A DNA stretch of 64,000 bases from Acidobacteriota bacterium (lineage in GTDB: Bacteria; Acidobacteriota; UBA4820; DSQY01): NCBI GenBank assembly GCA_021787565.1, contig JAJYLT010000003.1, forward strand, positions 79,775-143,774. Reading direction: 5' to 3'. The translations under genes were made by a program, and so were the position numbers. This document shows positions 40,729 through 51,108 of this stretch, piece by piece (position 1 is the first letter of the stretch; every line of letters begins with the position of its first letter). Under the pieces are notes generated by a model that did not search any database, was not told the DNA's origin, and was given only the letters and a program-made list of their open reading frames with translations.

Positions 40729-42354
40729 CTACAAGATGAAGTCCGTCGAAATGAAGTTGGAGCGGTGGTCCCGCACGATATCCTCCACGATGGCCTTGTT
40801 CGGCTCCGTGGTCTTGGCCGCCACGATGGTCCGTATCGAGAAGACCCTCAGCGCGTCCGACACGGAGAGCGTCCCCTCCGCCGAATCCTTCCGGCCGCAG
40901 AACGGGAAGGTGTCCGGCCCGCGCTGGCACTGGCTGTTGATGTTCACCCGGCAGACCTGGTTCACCAGCGGGTCCACCAGCCTCCCGATGACCTCCGGGT
41001 CGCTGCCGAACAGGCTGACCTGCTGGCCATAGTTCGAGTCGATGACGTAACGGATGGGCCTCTCGATGTCGTCGAAGGAGGCCACCGGGATGATCGGCCC
41101 GAACTGCTCCTCGTGATAGACGCGCATGGTCTCGTTCACCGGATAGAGCACGGCCGGATGGAAGAAGGTGCCCGCCACGGCGCCGCCCCCCGGGTTCATC
41201 ACCTTGGCCCCCTTGGCCACCGCGTCCTCCACCAGCTCCGTAAGGTAGCGCGTCTTGTCCAGCTCGGGCATGGGCGTCACCCTGACCCCCTCCTCCCAGG
41301 GCATGCCCATCCTGAGGTCCGTGACGGCGCGGGAGAGCTTGTCCAGGAAAACGCCCGTGATCTCCGAGTGCACCCAGAGCATCTTGAGGGCCGTGCAGCG
41401 CTGGCCGTTGTAGGAGAGGGCGCCGAGCACGCACTCGGGGACGGTCAGGTCCAGGTCGGCGTCCCTGAGGATGATGGCCGCGTTCTTGGCCTCCAACCCC
41501 AGGACGCTCCGGAGCCGGTGGGGCTTCGGGTGCTGCTTCTTCAGCAGGTCCGCCGCCCGGCTGGAGCCGATGAAGGCCAGCACGTCCACCTTCCCCGTGC
41601 CCATCAGGGGATGGACCACCTGCTGTCCGCGCCCGAAGACCGTGTTCACGACGCCCCGGGGGAAGGAGTCGCGGAAGGCCTCCAGCAACGGGAAGTGCAG
41701 CAGGACTCCCAGGCGCGGCGGCTTGAAGATCACCGCATTCCCCATGATGAGGGCCGGGATGAGCGTGGTGAAGGTCTCGTTGAGGGGATAGTTGTGGGGC
41801 CCCATGCACAGCACGACGCCCAGGGGACCGCGGCGGATCTGTCCGATGATCCCCTTCTGGATCACGAAGCGGGAGGAGACCCGGTCCAGCTCCTTCATGG
41901 CATCCACCGTGTCGCGGATGTACTCGACTGTGCGGTCGAACTCGTTGGCGGCGTCCGCGTGGGTCTTGCCGATCTCCCACATGAGGAGCTTCACCACCTC
42001 ATCCCGCTTCTCGCGCATCCGGAAGGTGAAATCCTCCACGTACTTGATGCGCTGGCGCACGGACAGGGTGGGCCAGAGGCCCCGCCCGTGGTCGTAGGCG
42101 CGCACGGCCGCCTCCAGCGCCTCCAGCGAGGTCGCTTCGTCCATGAGCGGGTAGCGCCCCAGCAGCTTCTGGTCCAGCGCCTCGCCGTCCCGGATGCAGA
42201 CCGGCGAGAGGACGTCACGCAGCGGGCCCTCCCAGCGGCGCAGCTCGCCGTCCACCAGGTACCGGTCGCACACCACGGGGCCATCCAGGCTGAACTCCGC
42301 GGGCACCTCACCAGCGGCCGGAAACATCCGCCGGATCTTCTCTTCGAATTCCAT
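40729..42354 (-). CDS. aldehyde dehydrogenase family protein (GapN-like non-phosphorylating)
   Basis: ALDH superfamily Cys (NGQRCTA) and Glu (LEAKNAA) regions. Start MEFEEK after a GGAGGA RBS. Confidence 0.8.
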   Translation of the reverse strand: MEFEEKIRRMFPAAGEVPAEFSLDGPVVCDRYLVDGELRRWEGPLRDVLSPVCIRDGEALDQKLLGRYPLMDEATSLEALEAAVRAYDHGRGLWPTLSVRQRIKYVEDFTFRMREKRDEVVKLLMWEIGKTHADAANEFDRTVEYIRDTVDAMKELDRVSSRFVIQKGIIGQIRRGPLGVVLCMGPHNYPLNETFTTLIPALIMGNAVIFKPPRLGVLLHFPLLEAFRDSFPRGVVNTVFGRGQQVVHPLMGTGKVDVLAFIGSSRAADLLKKQHPKPHRLRSVLGLEAKNAAIILRDADLDLTVPECVLGALSYNGQRCTALKMLWVHSEITGVFLDKLSRAVTDLRMGMPWEEGVRVTPMPELDKTRYLTELVEDAVAKGAKVMNPGGGAVAGTFFHPAVLYPVNETMRVYHEEQFGPIIPVASFDDIERPIRYVIDSNYGQQVSLFGSDPEVIGRLVDPLVNQVCRVNINSQCQRGPDTFPFCGRKDSAEGTLSVSDALRVFSIRTIVAAKTTEPNKAIVEDIVRDHRSNFISTDFIL

Positions 42355-42806
42355 GACCATGGTCCTCCTTTCGGGTTGTCCGTTCCCATTCCTATCGTCC
42401 TCTACCATAGGGCATCCCCGCACCCGCTTCCACACCCTGCCCCGCGCACGGCCCTCCCTCTTCATTCAAGGCCCTTCCCGCACGGCCCGCCGCGCCGCGG
42501 GTTCGGGTTCCGCGGGGACGGACCAGGGGGCCATCGCCCCGTTACCGGATCGTTACAGACTGTATCTCGCACGGTCCAACCCATGGGGCGTCCGCTTCCG
42601 AGGAAAGAGGGGCTCGATGGAATCAGAGATCATGTTCTTGCTATACAACTATGATCATTCCTTCCCCACGTTCCGGACGCGCGCCAAATTGGCAGCCGTC
42701 TTGCTGGTTAATGTCCATTTAGTGTCTGTAGAGGTGTGAAGTGGTACCTTCGCGGAAGGCACAGGACTCGAAAGCCCGCGGTGAAGGCGGCTTCGCCCGC
42801 TTGGCC

Positions 42807-45212
42807 ATGGAGCGCTCGCCGTTCTCCGCCGCGGTGCTGGACGAGGAGGGCCTCATTCTCTACGCCTCCCCCGGCGCGGCACGCCTATTCGGGCGCTCGG
42901 TGGCTGAGCTGCTGGACCGGCGCTTTACCGATTTCCTGCCGCCGGAGGACATCCTGGAGTGGATCCGCGCGAGCGCGGAGGGCATCCCCGACAGGTGCAT
43001 CCGCCACCGGATCGTGACGGCGGGCCGCAAACTGCTGGAGCTGGAGTCCACCCTCACGGAAGCCGGCCCAGGCCTGGCACCCGCGCATGTCCTGGTCTTT
43101 TCGAGGGAGGCCCGGACCTCGGCCGCGGCGCCCGGCGAGGGTCCGCAGTGGCTGCTGAGCGCCATCGAGCAGCTCGAGGAGTCGGTCTTGATCACCGACC
43201 TGGAGGGCACCATCGAATACGTCAACGCCGCCTTCGAGCGGGTGACGGGCTACTCGCGGCAGGAGGTCATCGGCAAGACCCCGAGGATCCTGAAGTCGGG
43301 CCACCACGACGAGGCCCTGTACGACCAGCTCTGGAAGGCTCTGCTGACCGGCGATTCCTTCCGCGGGGTGATCATCAACCGGCGGAAGGACGGCACGCTC
43401 TACCACGAGGAGAAGACCATCTCCCCGGTACGGGACCGCTCGGGGGCCGTCCACCATTTCTTGGCCACCGGAGTGGACGTCACCCAGAAGCGGATGGCCG
43501 AGGAGCGGCTCCTCCAGGGGACGGAGAGCTTCGCCCTCTCCATCCGGGGCGCCAATGACGGGCTCTGGGACTGGGATTTCCGCACCAACAAGCTCTCCCT
43601 CTCGCGCCGGTGGAAGGCCATGCTCGGGTACGACGACGGCGACCTGGGCGACCGGCCCGACCATTGGTTCCGCTTGGTTCATCCCGACGACCTGGCCGAG
43701 CTGAAGAAGCGGATGCGCGCCCACGTGGAGGGCAGAGAGGCCCATTTCGAGTGCGAACACCGGATGCTCTGCAAGAGCGGGGAATACCGCTGGGTGCTCA
43801 CCCGGGGCATGGCGGTCAGGGACGGCCAGGGCAAGACCTTCCGCATGGCCGGCTCGCAGACCGAGATCACGACCCGCAAGCTGGCGGAGGAGCAGCTCCA
43901 GCACGACGCCCTCCACGATCCTCTCACCGGACTTCCCAACCGAAGCCTCTTCCTGGACCGGCTGGGGCTGGCCATGGCGAGAGCCCAGCGCTACGCGGAG
44001 TACCGGTTCGGCATCCTCTTCGTGGATCTGGACCGGTTCAAGCTCATCAACGACAGCATGGGCCACCTCTCGGGCGACGAACTCCTGATGGAGGTCTCCA
44101 ACCGCCTGGTCCGGTGCCTGCGATCCTCGGACACGGTGGCGCGGCTGGGAGGCGACGAGTTCGCCGTGCTGCTGGACAACATCCCCAACGTGGAGACGGC
44201 GGTGCGCTTCGCCGAGCGGATTCAGGAGCAGATCGCCGAGCCCTGCCGCCTGAGCGGGCGCGAGGTTTACAGCAGCGGCAGCATCGGCGTCGCCTTCTGG
44301 GCGCCCCACTACGAGAGGCCCGACGAGATGATCCGGGACGCGGACACGGCCATGTACGAGGCCAAGCGCCAGGGGCGGGGCTGCCACGCGGTCTTCGATC
44401 ACGCCATGCGTACGAAGGTCCTGAGGCTGCTTGAGATGGAGACGGATCTCCGCCAGGCGGTGGTGGACAAGCGCCTGGCCATGTTCTACCAGCCCCTCAT
44501 AGACCTGGGCTCGGAGCGCGTTGTCGGCTTTGAGGCGCTTCTACGGTGGCGTCACCCCGACCAGGGGCTCGTGACGCCCGGAGACTTCATGGAAGTCGCC
44601 GAGGAGAACGGCCTGATCCTGCCTATCGGGCAGTTCACCATCCGGGAGGCGGCGAGGCACCTGCGGCTGTTGCAGGACCTGCGCCGCGGAGAGCCCCCCC
44701 TCATCATGTGCATCAACCTCTCCACCTCGCAGTTCGCCCAGCGGGATCTGGCGGAGCAGCTACGCCAGGCCGCCTCCGAGTTCCGGGTCGACCCGAACTG
44801 GCTGCGCCTGGAGATCACCGAGAGCACGCTCCTTCGCCACAGCGACGTGGCGGACGCCACCCTCTCCCAGCTCAAGGCGTACAACCTGCGCCTCTGCGTC
44901 GATGACTTCGGGACGGGCTACGCCTCGCTGAGCAACCTCCGCCGGTACCCCATCGAGGCGGTAAAGATCGACCACTCCTTCGTGGGCACCATCTGCGAGG
45001 ACGAGGGCAACCGCGATTTCGTCCGGACCACGATCGCCTTGGCCCAGACGCTCAAGATGCAGGCGGTGGCCGTAGGCATCGAGAGGCCGGGCCAGATCGA
45101 GATGCTGCGCTCCATGGGATGCCCGTACGGACAGGGCTACTACTTCGCCCGGCCCATGGAGGAGGAGGACTCCCTGGCGTTCCTCCAGTCCTTCCCCGGC
45201 GCCCGGCAGTAG
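42807..45212 (+). CDS. PAS/PAC-sensor diguanylate cyclase/phosphodiesterase (PAS x3-GGDEF-EAL)
   Basis: Three PAS/PAC repeats, GGDEF (RLGGDEF) and EAL (EALLRW...DDFGTGYAS). An alternative GTG start is at 42741. Confidence 0.85.
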   Translation: MERSPFSAAVLDEEGLILYASPGAARLFGRSVAELLDRRFTDFLPPEDILEWIRASAEGIPDRCIRHRIVTAGRKLLELESTLTEAGPGLAPAHVLVFSREARTSAAAPGEGPQWLLSAIEQLEESVLITDLEGTIEYVNAAFERVTGYSRQEVIGKTPRILKSGHHDEALYDQLWKALLTGDSFRGVIINRRKDGTLYHEEKTISPVRDRSGAVHHFLATGVDVTQKRMAEERLLQGTESFALSIRGANDGLWDWDFRTNKLSLSRRWKAMLGYDDGDLGDRPDHWFRLVHPDDLAELKKRMRAHVEGREAHFECEHRMLCKSGEYRWVLTRGMAVRDGQGKTFRMAGSQTEITTRKLAEEQLQHDALHDPLTGLPNRSLFLDRLGLAMARAQRYAEYRFGILFVDLDRFKLINDSMGHLSGDELLMEVSNRLVRCLRSSDTVARLGGDEFAVLLDNIPNVETAVRFAERIQEQIAEPCRLSGREVYSSGSIGVAFWAPHYERPDEMIRDADTAMYEAKRQGRGCHAVFDHAMRTKVLRLLEMETDLRQAVVDKRLAMFYQPLIDLGSERVVGFEALLRWRHPDQGLVTPGDFMEVAEENGLILPIGQFTIREAARHLRLLQDLRRGEPPLIMCINLSTSQFAQRDLAEQLRQAASEFRVDPNWLRLEITESTLLRHSDVADATLSQLKAYNLRLCVDDFGTGYASLSNLRRYPIEAVKIDHSFVGTICEDEGNRDFVRTTIALAQTLKMQAVAVGIERPGQIEMLRSMGCPYGQGYYFARPMEEEDSLAFLQSFPGARQ

Positions 45213-45339
45213 AGCGCCCTCTCTGTGAGAAGGTGCCGAGACGCTGAGCAAGCGGTGCTCCCGCACCCTTTGGCTCTTGTTCCTTGTCCCCCCACCCGTA
45301 CGCCGGCGGCCAGGCGCACCCCGCCCCCGCCCGCCGCTC

Positions 45340-48054
45340 TCACATCGGCGCCCCCTCGGGATTCACGAGCGCTGGCTCCGGAAATCCGGCCGCCTTGAGC
45401 TGCGGCAAGACCGCCGCCTTGTCGCCCACCAGCACCACCAGAAGCTTGCTCCAGTCGAAGAGCCCCGAGGCCGCGGTCGCGTTGACTCCGGAGAGATCCA
45501 GGCGGTCCAGCGCCGCGATCTCCCGTCCCACCGAATCGAGGGGACGACCGCTGGCGATGATCTCCCCGAGGGTGTCCGAAAGGCTCGAGGCGGTGGCCGC
45601 CGAGCTCACGAGGTCGAAGCGGACCGTCCGATTGGCCTTCGTGAGCTCGTCGGCGGTGACGTTGCCCGAGGCGATCGCGCCGAATTCGCGCCTGAACTCC
45701 GCCAGCGCCGCCCCCGTCACGGCGGTCTGGACCGACGAGGAGGCTCCCAGCATGAACTGGTCGGCCTCCCGCCACAGGCTGCTGCCCGCGCCGTAGGAGT
45801 AGCCGTGCTTCTCGCGGATGTTCTGCATGAGGCGGCTCGTGAAGGCGCCTCCGAAGAGCGTGTTGAGGCTGTCCCTCAGCGCCTCCCCATCGGGCCCGCC
45901 GGCGGCCGCCACCGGGCGCATCATGTAGAGAACCGTCTGGGGTGCCCCGGGGCGGTCCACCAGCACGAGCCTTCCGGGTGCCGGCTGGACCAGCGGTTCC
46001 AGCGGGGGCGGGAGACTCTCGGCCGGGGGCCGCCAGCCGCCGAGGCGCCGGTCGAGGGCCGCCTTCAGCGCCTGGGGATCGAAGTCTCCGACGAAGACGA
46101 GGCTCGCGCCGGCGGGACGAAGCAGGCGCGGCAGGCACTCCCTTACGTCTTTCAGCTCTATGGCCTGCACCGTCGCCGCGTAGCCCGCCCTCGGGCGCCC
46201 GCGGGGGTCGTCCCGGCCGAAGATCATTGCCCGCGACGCCATGACGGCCACGGTCTCGGGCCGTTCCACCCTGGATCGGATGCCGGCCAGGGCGAGCTCC
46301 TTCTCCCGCGAGAAGTCCTTCTCGGAGAGCGTGGGCCGGACGACCGCGTCGGTGAAGAGATCGAGCGTGGGAGCGAGCTTGGAGGAGAGCCCGTCAACCC
46401 TCACGGTGAAGGCATGCCAGCTGCTCCCAGCCTCGATGGACGCGCCGAGCGAGGCGGCGGCCTCGGCGAATCCCTCGGCGTCCAGGGACCCCGCGCCGTC
46501 GGTCAGGAGCGAGGCGGAGAGGGCGGCGAGGCCGGCTTTCTCCTTGGGGACGAGCCTCTCCCCACCGTCCACGACGAGCACTCCCGAGAAGAGGCCGGTA
46601 CCGGGGCGGCTCACCACGTAGAGCTTCATCCCATTGGCGAGGGTCGTGGCCTCCGGCACCGGGGGGTGCACCGGAGCGGGCGGAAAATCGGCCGGTCGCC
46701 GGGAGAGGTCCGCGCCGGGGCTCACCGCTCCCACCGGGAGGATGCGCAGGTCCAGCCTGCCCTCACCGAGCACTTTGCGGGCCCAGCTCTTCAGCGAATC
46801 GGCGCTGGCGGAGGTGGTGGCGGCGAGATCGCGCCGGAAGCCGTCGGGATCGCCGAAGGCGTGGTAGTAGGCGTTGAGCATGTCCGCCCGCTCCTGCAGG
46901 TCCTCCACCCTCCGCAGAAAGTGCGACTCCGCCGAGGCCTTCACCCTCTTCAGCTCGGCCTCCGTCGGTCCTTCCCGCTTGTAGCGATCCATCTCCTCCA
47001 GGACGGTTCTCTTGATCCGCTCCAGGTCGGCCCCTTCGGCGGCCCTCACCTGCACCGTGAACTCGGAGCCCAGATCCCTCGCGTGCTGGTAGACCACCAC
47101 GCTCTGCGCGGACCGGTCCTGAAGGACCAGCCTCTGGTACAGACGACCGGCGTTGTCGGCCGAGAGGACGGCGGCCGTCAGGCTCATCTCGGCGTCGCCC
47201 GGATCGAAAGCCCTGGGCGAGGGCCAGACCAGCCAGAGCATGGGGTAGCGGACCTTGTCCGTGGCCATGCGGCGGATCTCCCGGTCCAAGACCACGGGGG
47301 CCGCCGAGCGGTGCTCGGGAAGCGGCTGGGCCGGCACGGCCCCGAAGGTGTCTGCGATGACCTTCTTCACGGCCGCCCGCTCGAAGTCTCCGGCCACGAC
47401 CAGGCTGGCGTTTCCCGGGACGTAGTAGGTGGCGAAGAAGTCCTGGACGTCTTTCAAAGTGGCCGCCTCCAGGTCCTCGTGGCTCCCGATGACCGGGTGG
47501 TGGTAGGGGTGGCCTTCGGGATAGAGAGCCTCAGGGATCATGAGCCACGCCTTGCCGTACGGTTGGTTCTCGTAGCTCTGCCTGCGTTCGTTGCGGACCA
47601 CGCTTCGCTGGAGGTCCAGCTTCTCCTGGGTCATGGCCTTGCCCAGGCCCTCCATGCGGTCCGCGTCCAGCCAGAGAAGAGTCGGAAGCAGGGTGCTCGG
47701 GCCCCAGCTGTAGTAATTGGTGCGGTCCTCCGCGGTGGAGGCGTTGTTGGCTCCGCCGCCGCTCTCCATGATCCGGTCGAACTGGCCCTGCGGCACGCGA
47801 TCGGTCCCCATGAACATGAGGTGCTCGAAGAGGTGGGCGAAGCCCGTCCGGCCCTTCGCCTCGTCTTTGGCCCCCACGGCGTACCAGAGGTTGACGGCCA
47901 CCTGAGGGAGCCGGTGATCCTCGTGGAGGATGACCGTGAGGCCGTTGGGCAGCGTGTAGGTTTCCGCTGGAACGTCCTGGGGCCAGACCGGCAGGGCGAT
48001 TCCCAGGGCCACCATCACCAAGCCCGCGCAGAACAAGCCAAGGCGCTTCAGCAT
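45340..48054 (-). CDS. M16-family zinc peptidase (two tandem insulinase-like units), secreted
   Basis: Signal peptide. First unit has the inverted zinc motif HLFEHLMF...E. About 900 aa, pitrilysin-like architecture. Confidence 0.85.
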   Translation of the reverse strand: MLKRLGLFCAGLVMVALGIALPVWPQDVPAETYTLPNGLTVILHEDHRLPQVAVNLWYAVGAKDEAKGRTGFAHLFEHLMFMGTDRVPQGQFDRIMESGGGANNASTAEDRTNYYSWGPSTLLPTLLWLDADRMEGLGKAMTQEKLDLQRSVVRNERRQSYENQPYGKAWLMIPEALYPEGHPYHHPVIGSHEDLEAATLKDVQDFFATYYVPGNASLVVAGDFERAAVKKVIADTFGAVPAQPLPEHRSAAPVVLDREIRRMATDKVRYPMLWLVWPSPRAFDPGDAEMSLTAAVLSADNAGRLYQRLVLQDRSAQSVVVYQHARDLGSEFTVQVRAAEGADLERIKRTVLEEMDRYKREGPTEAELKRVKASAESHFLRRVEDLQERADMLNAYYHAFGDPDGFRRDLAATTSASADSLKSWARKVLGEGRLDLRILPVGAVSPGADLSRRPADFPPAPVHPPVPEATTLANGMKLYVVSRPGTGLFSGVLVVDGGERLVPKEKAGLAALSASLLTDGAGSLDAEGFAEAAASLGASIEAGSSWHAFTVRVDGLSSKLAPTLDLFTDAVVRPTLSEKDFSREKELALAGIRSRVERPETVAVMASRAMIFGRDDPRGRPRAGYAATVQAIELKDVRECLPRLLRPAGASLVFVGDFDPQALKAALDRRLGGWRPPAESLPPPLEPLVQPAPGRLVLVDRPGAPQTVLYMMRPVAAAGGPDGEALRDSLNTLFGGAFTSRLMQNIREKHGYSYGAGSSLWREADQFMLGASSSVQTAVTGAALAEFRREFGAIASGNVTADELTKANRTVRFDLVSSAATASSLSDTLGEIIASGRPLDSVGREIAALDRLDLSGVNATAASGLFDWSKLLVVLVGDKAAVLPQLKAAGFPEPALVNPEGAPM

Positions 48055-48361
48055 TTCCCCCTCCTCCCCTATCGGAATGATGGGCTTTCCCCCGTTTCCC
48101 AGGCCCCGCACCGGGACCGACCGCCCCAGAGGGCACGGCAGCCCGACGCGGGGCTGACCGCTTGCTTGAAGGCTTCATACGGGACCGCGGCCCATCGGGT
48201 TCACGCCCCCGATTCCCGCGGGCCCGATTTCTCATTCGGCCGGAGGCCCCTCCGGCGCCCGGGGAGCGATGCCCAGGGCATCCCGCTTGCGCGCCATCCC
48301 CTCCGGAGTGCGGTGGCGGGGCCGCCGTCCGCCGAAAGCGCCGCTCCATGGCGGAGGGCCG

Positions 48362-48798
48362 TCAGCCCCCCCGGGTTGCACCGATGGGTTGGTCGCGTGT
48401 GACGGGGACGAAGGTGAAGGATAGGACCTTGCGCTCCTCAGCCAACGTGCTGAAGGTCAGGATGGCATCCAGGTATCCCTTCTCGAAGGTGCAGAGGACG
48501 TGGATGCGCCAATGCTCACCCTCCAGGTCAGCGGCCGTATAGCGGCGGCCCTGAAACTGGCCGTACTTCCGCGTGAGATCGCTCCACTCGTGCTTGAGGT
48601 TCTCCGCGGTTGCATCGGTGCGCCGACTCGCGGGAAGGCACTGGGCCGCCCTGAAGAAATCGCCCGCGGCCAGAAGGTCCACAAAGTTGAGGGCCTCGTC
48701 GTAGGGCGCGTCCCCGAAGACGCCCGGAACGGGGGGGAGCTGGCTCGCCACCGGAAGGGCAAGCAACAACGGAACACCTAGACACAGCCACCACTTCA
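48362..48798 (-). CDS. hypothetical small secreted protein
   Basis: GTG start after a GGGAAGGAG RBS; signal peptide VKWWLCLGVPLLLALPVASQ. No confident domain. Confidence 0.5.
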
Positions 48799-48918
48799 CG
48801 TTCGGACTCCTTCCCTCGTTCCAACAACGTAATTCCCGGCGGGGCGCGCGGCAAGGGCCAGCAAATGAAAAGGCCGCCCGCGTGGCACGGCGGGCGGCCA
48901 AGGCATTCGAGGGCGGTA

Positions 48919-50016
48919 TCAGCCGTTCCGGCGAATGAACTCTTCCATGAAGGAAACGAGGGTCTCGATCTGGGGAACCGTGACGGCGTTGTACATGGAG
49001 ACCCGGATGCCGCCGAGGTCGCGGTAGCCCTTGAGGCCCACCATGCCGTTCTGCTTGGCCTCGGCGATGAACTTCGCCGTGAGCTCCTCGGTGGGCAGGA
49101 AGAAGTCCACGTTCATCGTGGAGCGGTCCTCCTTGACCGTGACCCACGGTTTGTAGAAGCCCGCGTGCTTGTCGATGCAGCCGTAGAGGAGTTCGGCCTT
49201 CTTGAGGTTGTTCTCGTGGATGACGCCGAGTCCGCCGAGTTGCTTGTTGTAGGCCAGGACGTTGCGCAGGATGTAGATGGAGAAGCAGGGGGGCGTGTTG
49301 AAGAGGCTGTTCTTCTCGGCGTGGATCTTGTAGCGCAGCATGGTGGGCAGCTTGTCGCTGCACATCTCCAGAAAATCGTCCCGGATGAGCGCCAGCACCA
49401 GGCCGGAGGGACCGAGGTTCTTCTGGGCACCGGCGTAGATGAAACCGAAGGGCTTCACGTCGAAGGGGCGCCACATCATGTCCGAGGACATGTCGGCCAC
49501 CAGAGGAATCCCGCCGGTCTCGGGGAAGGTCTTCCACTGGGTGCCGTAGATGGTGTTGTTCGTGCAGAAGTGCACATAGGCCGCGTCGGGGTTGAGTTTG
49601 ATCTCCTCGGGGCGCGGCAGGCGGCAGAACTTCTCGCTCTCCGTGGAGGCGATGCAGCGGGCGTTATCGCCGGCCACGATGACGGCCTCCTTGTAGGCCT
49701 TCTTGGCCCATGAGCCCGTGACGATGTAGTCCGCCTTGCGTCCCGAGTGGAGGATGTTCATGGGCAGCATGGCGAACTGCATGTTGCCTCCGCCCTGGAG
49801 GAAGAGAACCTTGTAATTGTCGGGGACGTTGAGAAGCTCCTTGACGAGGGCGATGGCCTCGTTGTGCACCGCGTCGTACTCCTTGGCGCGGTGGGAGATC
49901 TCCATCACCGACATGCCGGTGTTCTCGAAGTCCAGCATCTCCGCCCGCGCCCGCTCGAGGGCCGGAAGCGGCAGCCCGGCAGGACCGGCATAGAAGTTGA
50001 TTACCCGTTTGGCCAT
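48919..50016 (-). CDS. serC: phosphoserine aminotransferase
   Basis: MAKRVINFYAGPAGLP...FLQGGG, class V aminotransferase SerC. Confidence 0.95.
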   Translation of the reverse strand: MAKRVINFYAGPAGLPLPALERARAEMLDFENTGMSVMEISHRAKEYDAVHNEAIALVKELLNVPDNYKVLFLQGGGNMQFAMLPMNILHSGRKADYIVTGSWAKKAYKEAVIVAGDNARCIASTESEKFCRLPRPEEIKLNPDAAYVHFCTNNTIYGTQWKTFPETGGIPLVADMSSDMMWRPFDVKPFGFIYAGAQKNLGPSGLVLALIRDDFLEMCSDKLPTMLRYKIHAEKNSLFNTPPCFSIYILRNVLAYNKQLGGLGVIHENNLKKAELLYGCIDKHAGFYKPWVTVKEDRSTMNVDFFLPTEELTAKFIAEAKQNGMVGLKGYRDLGGIRVSMYNAVTVPQIETLVSFMEEFIRRNG

Positions 50017-50128
50017 GCTCTTCTCCTCTTGATAATTGAACGGGGAGGCAGTGAGGCGGTGAGAAGACCTCGTGCAGTCATGCAAGAAGAGAAGCCTCTC
50101 CTCATTGCCCCACCGTCTCCCTGTGGGT
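50017..50128 (-). promoter_or_regulatory. conserved ~105-nt leader element copy 1 (serA-serC intergenic)
   Basis: mRNA-sense core CUUCUCACCGCCUCACUGCCUCCCCGUU plus upstream CACAGGGAGACGGUGGGG; paralogous to the element at 51002-51108. Confidence 0.6.
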
Positions 50129-51001
50129 TCATTTCCTCTTTTCAAGGATCTCCACGACGATGTCACCGATTCTCAACAGGTTCTCCTTGGAGGAAGCACC
50201 GATGTGCGGAGTCATGAGCACGTTGGGCGCCGAGAGCAAGGGGCTGGAGGGATCGGGCGGGTCCGAGGCCCAGACGTCCGTGCCGTAGGCCCGCACCTTG
50301 CCCGACCGGAGCGCCTCGGCCAGGTCCTCCTCCACCATAACCTTGCCGCGGCTCGTGTTGATGATGATCACCCCCTCCCTCATCTTGGCGAAGGCCGCCT
50401 TGTTCAGCATGCCCCGGGTCTGGTCCGTCAGGGGGGTGTGGATGCTGAGATAGTCGGCCTCTTTCAGCACGTCGTCCATGGAGGGTTTGAGCTGGGCGAA
50501 GTCGTGGTTCAGGACGAAGGGGTCGTAGGCGATCACCTTCATGCCGAAAGCCCTTGCCCGTTTAGCCACCTCCGTGCCGATGAGGCCGATGCCCAGAAGG
50601 CCGAGGGTCTTCTCGAAGAGTTCGGTGCGCTTGAGCTCCTTCTTGAGCCACTTACCCTCCTTCATGGAGTTGTGGGACTCCACGAGGCGGTTGGGGATGG
50701 CGAGCATGAGGGCCATGGCGAGCTCGGCCACCGCCACGGAGGAGGCCTGGGGCGTGTTCCTGACCTCGATCCCCTTCGCCTTGCAGGCCTCCTTATCGAT
50801 GTTGTCCGTGCCCACTCCGCCCCGGATCACGAGCTTCAGTTTGGGGGCGCCATCGACGACCTCTCGTGTGACCTTGGTCTTGCTGCGGACCAAAAGGACG
50901 TCGGCCTCGCCGAGCCTCCCCATGTCCTCGAAAACCTCACCGAAGGCGGCGAGCCGCTTGGGCAACGAGGCGTCAAACGCATCCGCGATCAGGATTTTCA
51001 T
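50129..51001 (-). CDS. serA: D-3-phosphoglycerate dehydrogenase (short form, no ACT domain)
   Basis: 290 aa D-isomer 2-hydroxyacid dehydrogenase (GIGLIGTEVAKRA NAD motif), adjacent to serC. The ORF-track upstream extension is non-coding leader. Confidence 0.8.
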   Translation of the reverse strand: MKILIADAFDASLPKRLAAFGEVFEDMGRLGEADVLLVRSKTKVTREVVDGAPKLKLVIRGGVGTDNIDKEACKAKGIEVRNTPQASSVAVAELAMALMLAIPNRLVESHNSMKEGKWLKKELKRTELFEKTLGLLGIGLIGTEVAKRARAFGMKVIAYDPFVLNHDFAQLKPSMDDVLKEADYLSIHTPLTDQTRGMLNKAAFAKMREGVIIINTSRGKVMVEEDLAEALRSGKVRAYGTDVWASDPPDPSSPLLSAPNVLMTPHIGASSKENLLRIGDIVVEILEKRK

Positions 51002-51108
51002 CTTCAACCCCTTTCCTCTAAACAGGGAGGCGGTGAGCCGGTGAGAAGGCTTCTTCCGATCATCCAGAAAAAAGGCTTCCCTCACTCCCTCAACGTCTCC
51101 CTGTGAAA
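51002..51108 (-). promoter_or_regulatory. conserved ~105-nt leader element copy 2 (DUF1015-serA intergenic)
   Basis: mRNA-sense core CUUCUCACCGGCUCACCGCCUCCCUGUU plus upstream CACAGGGAGACGUUGAGGG. Confidence 0.6.

Noticed and set aside
50017-50166. N-terminal extensions of SerC and SerA (…SHRLTAS(P/L)F…) suggested by the ORF track
   Set aside because: SerC and SerA homologs begin at MAKRV/MKILI, and good RBSs precede those ATGs. The conserved upstream sequence is better explained as a non-coding leader. It is reported as a finding instead.
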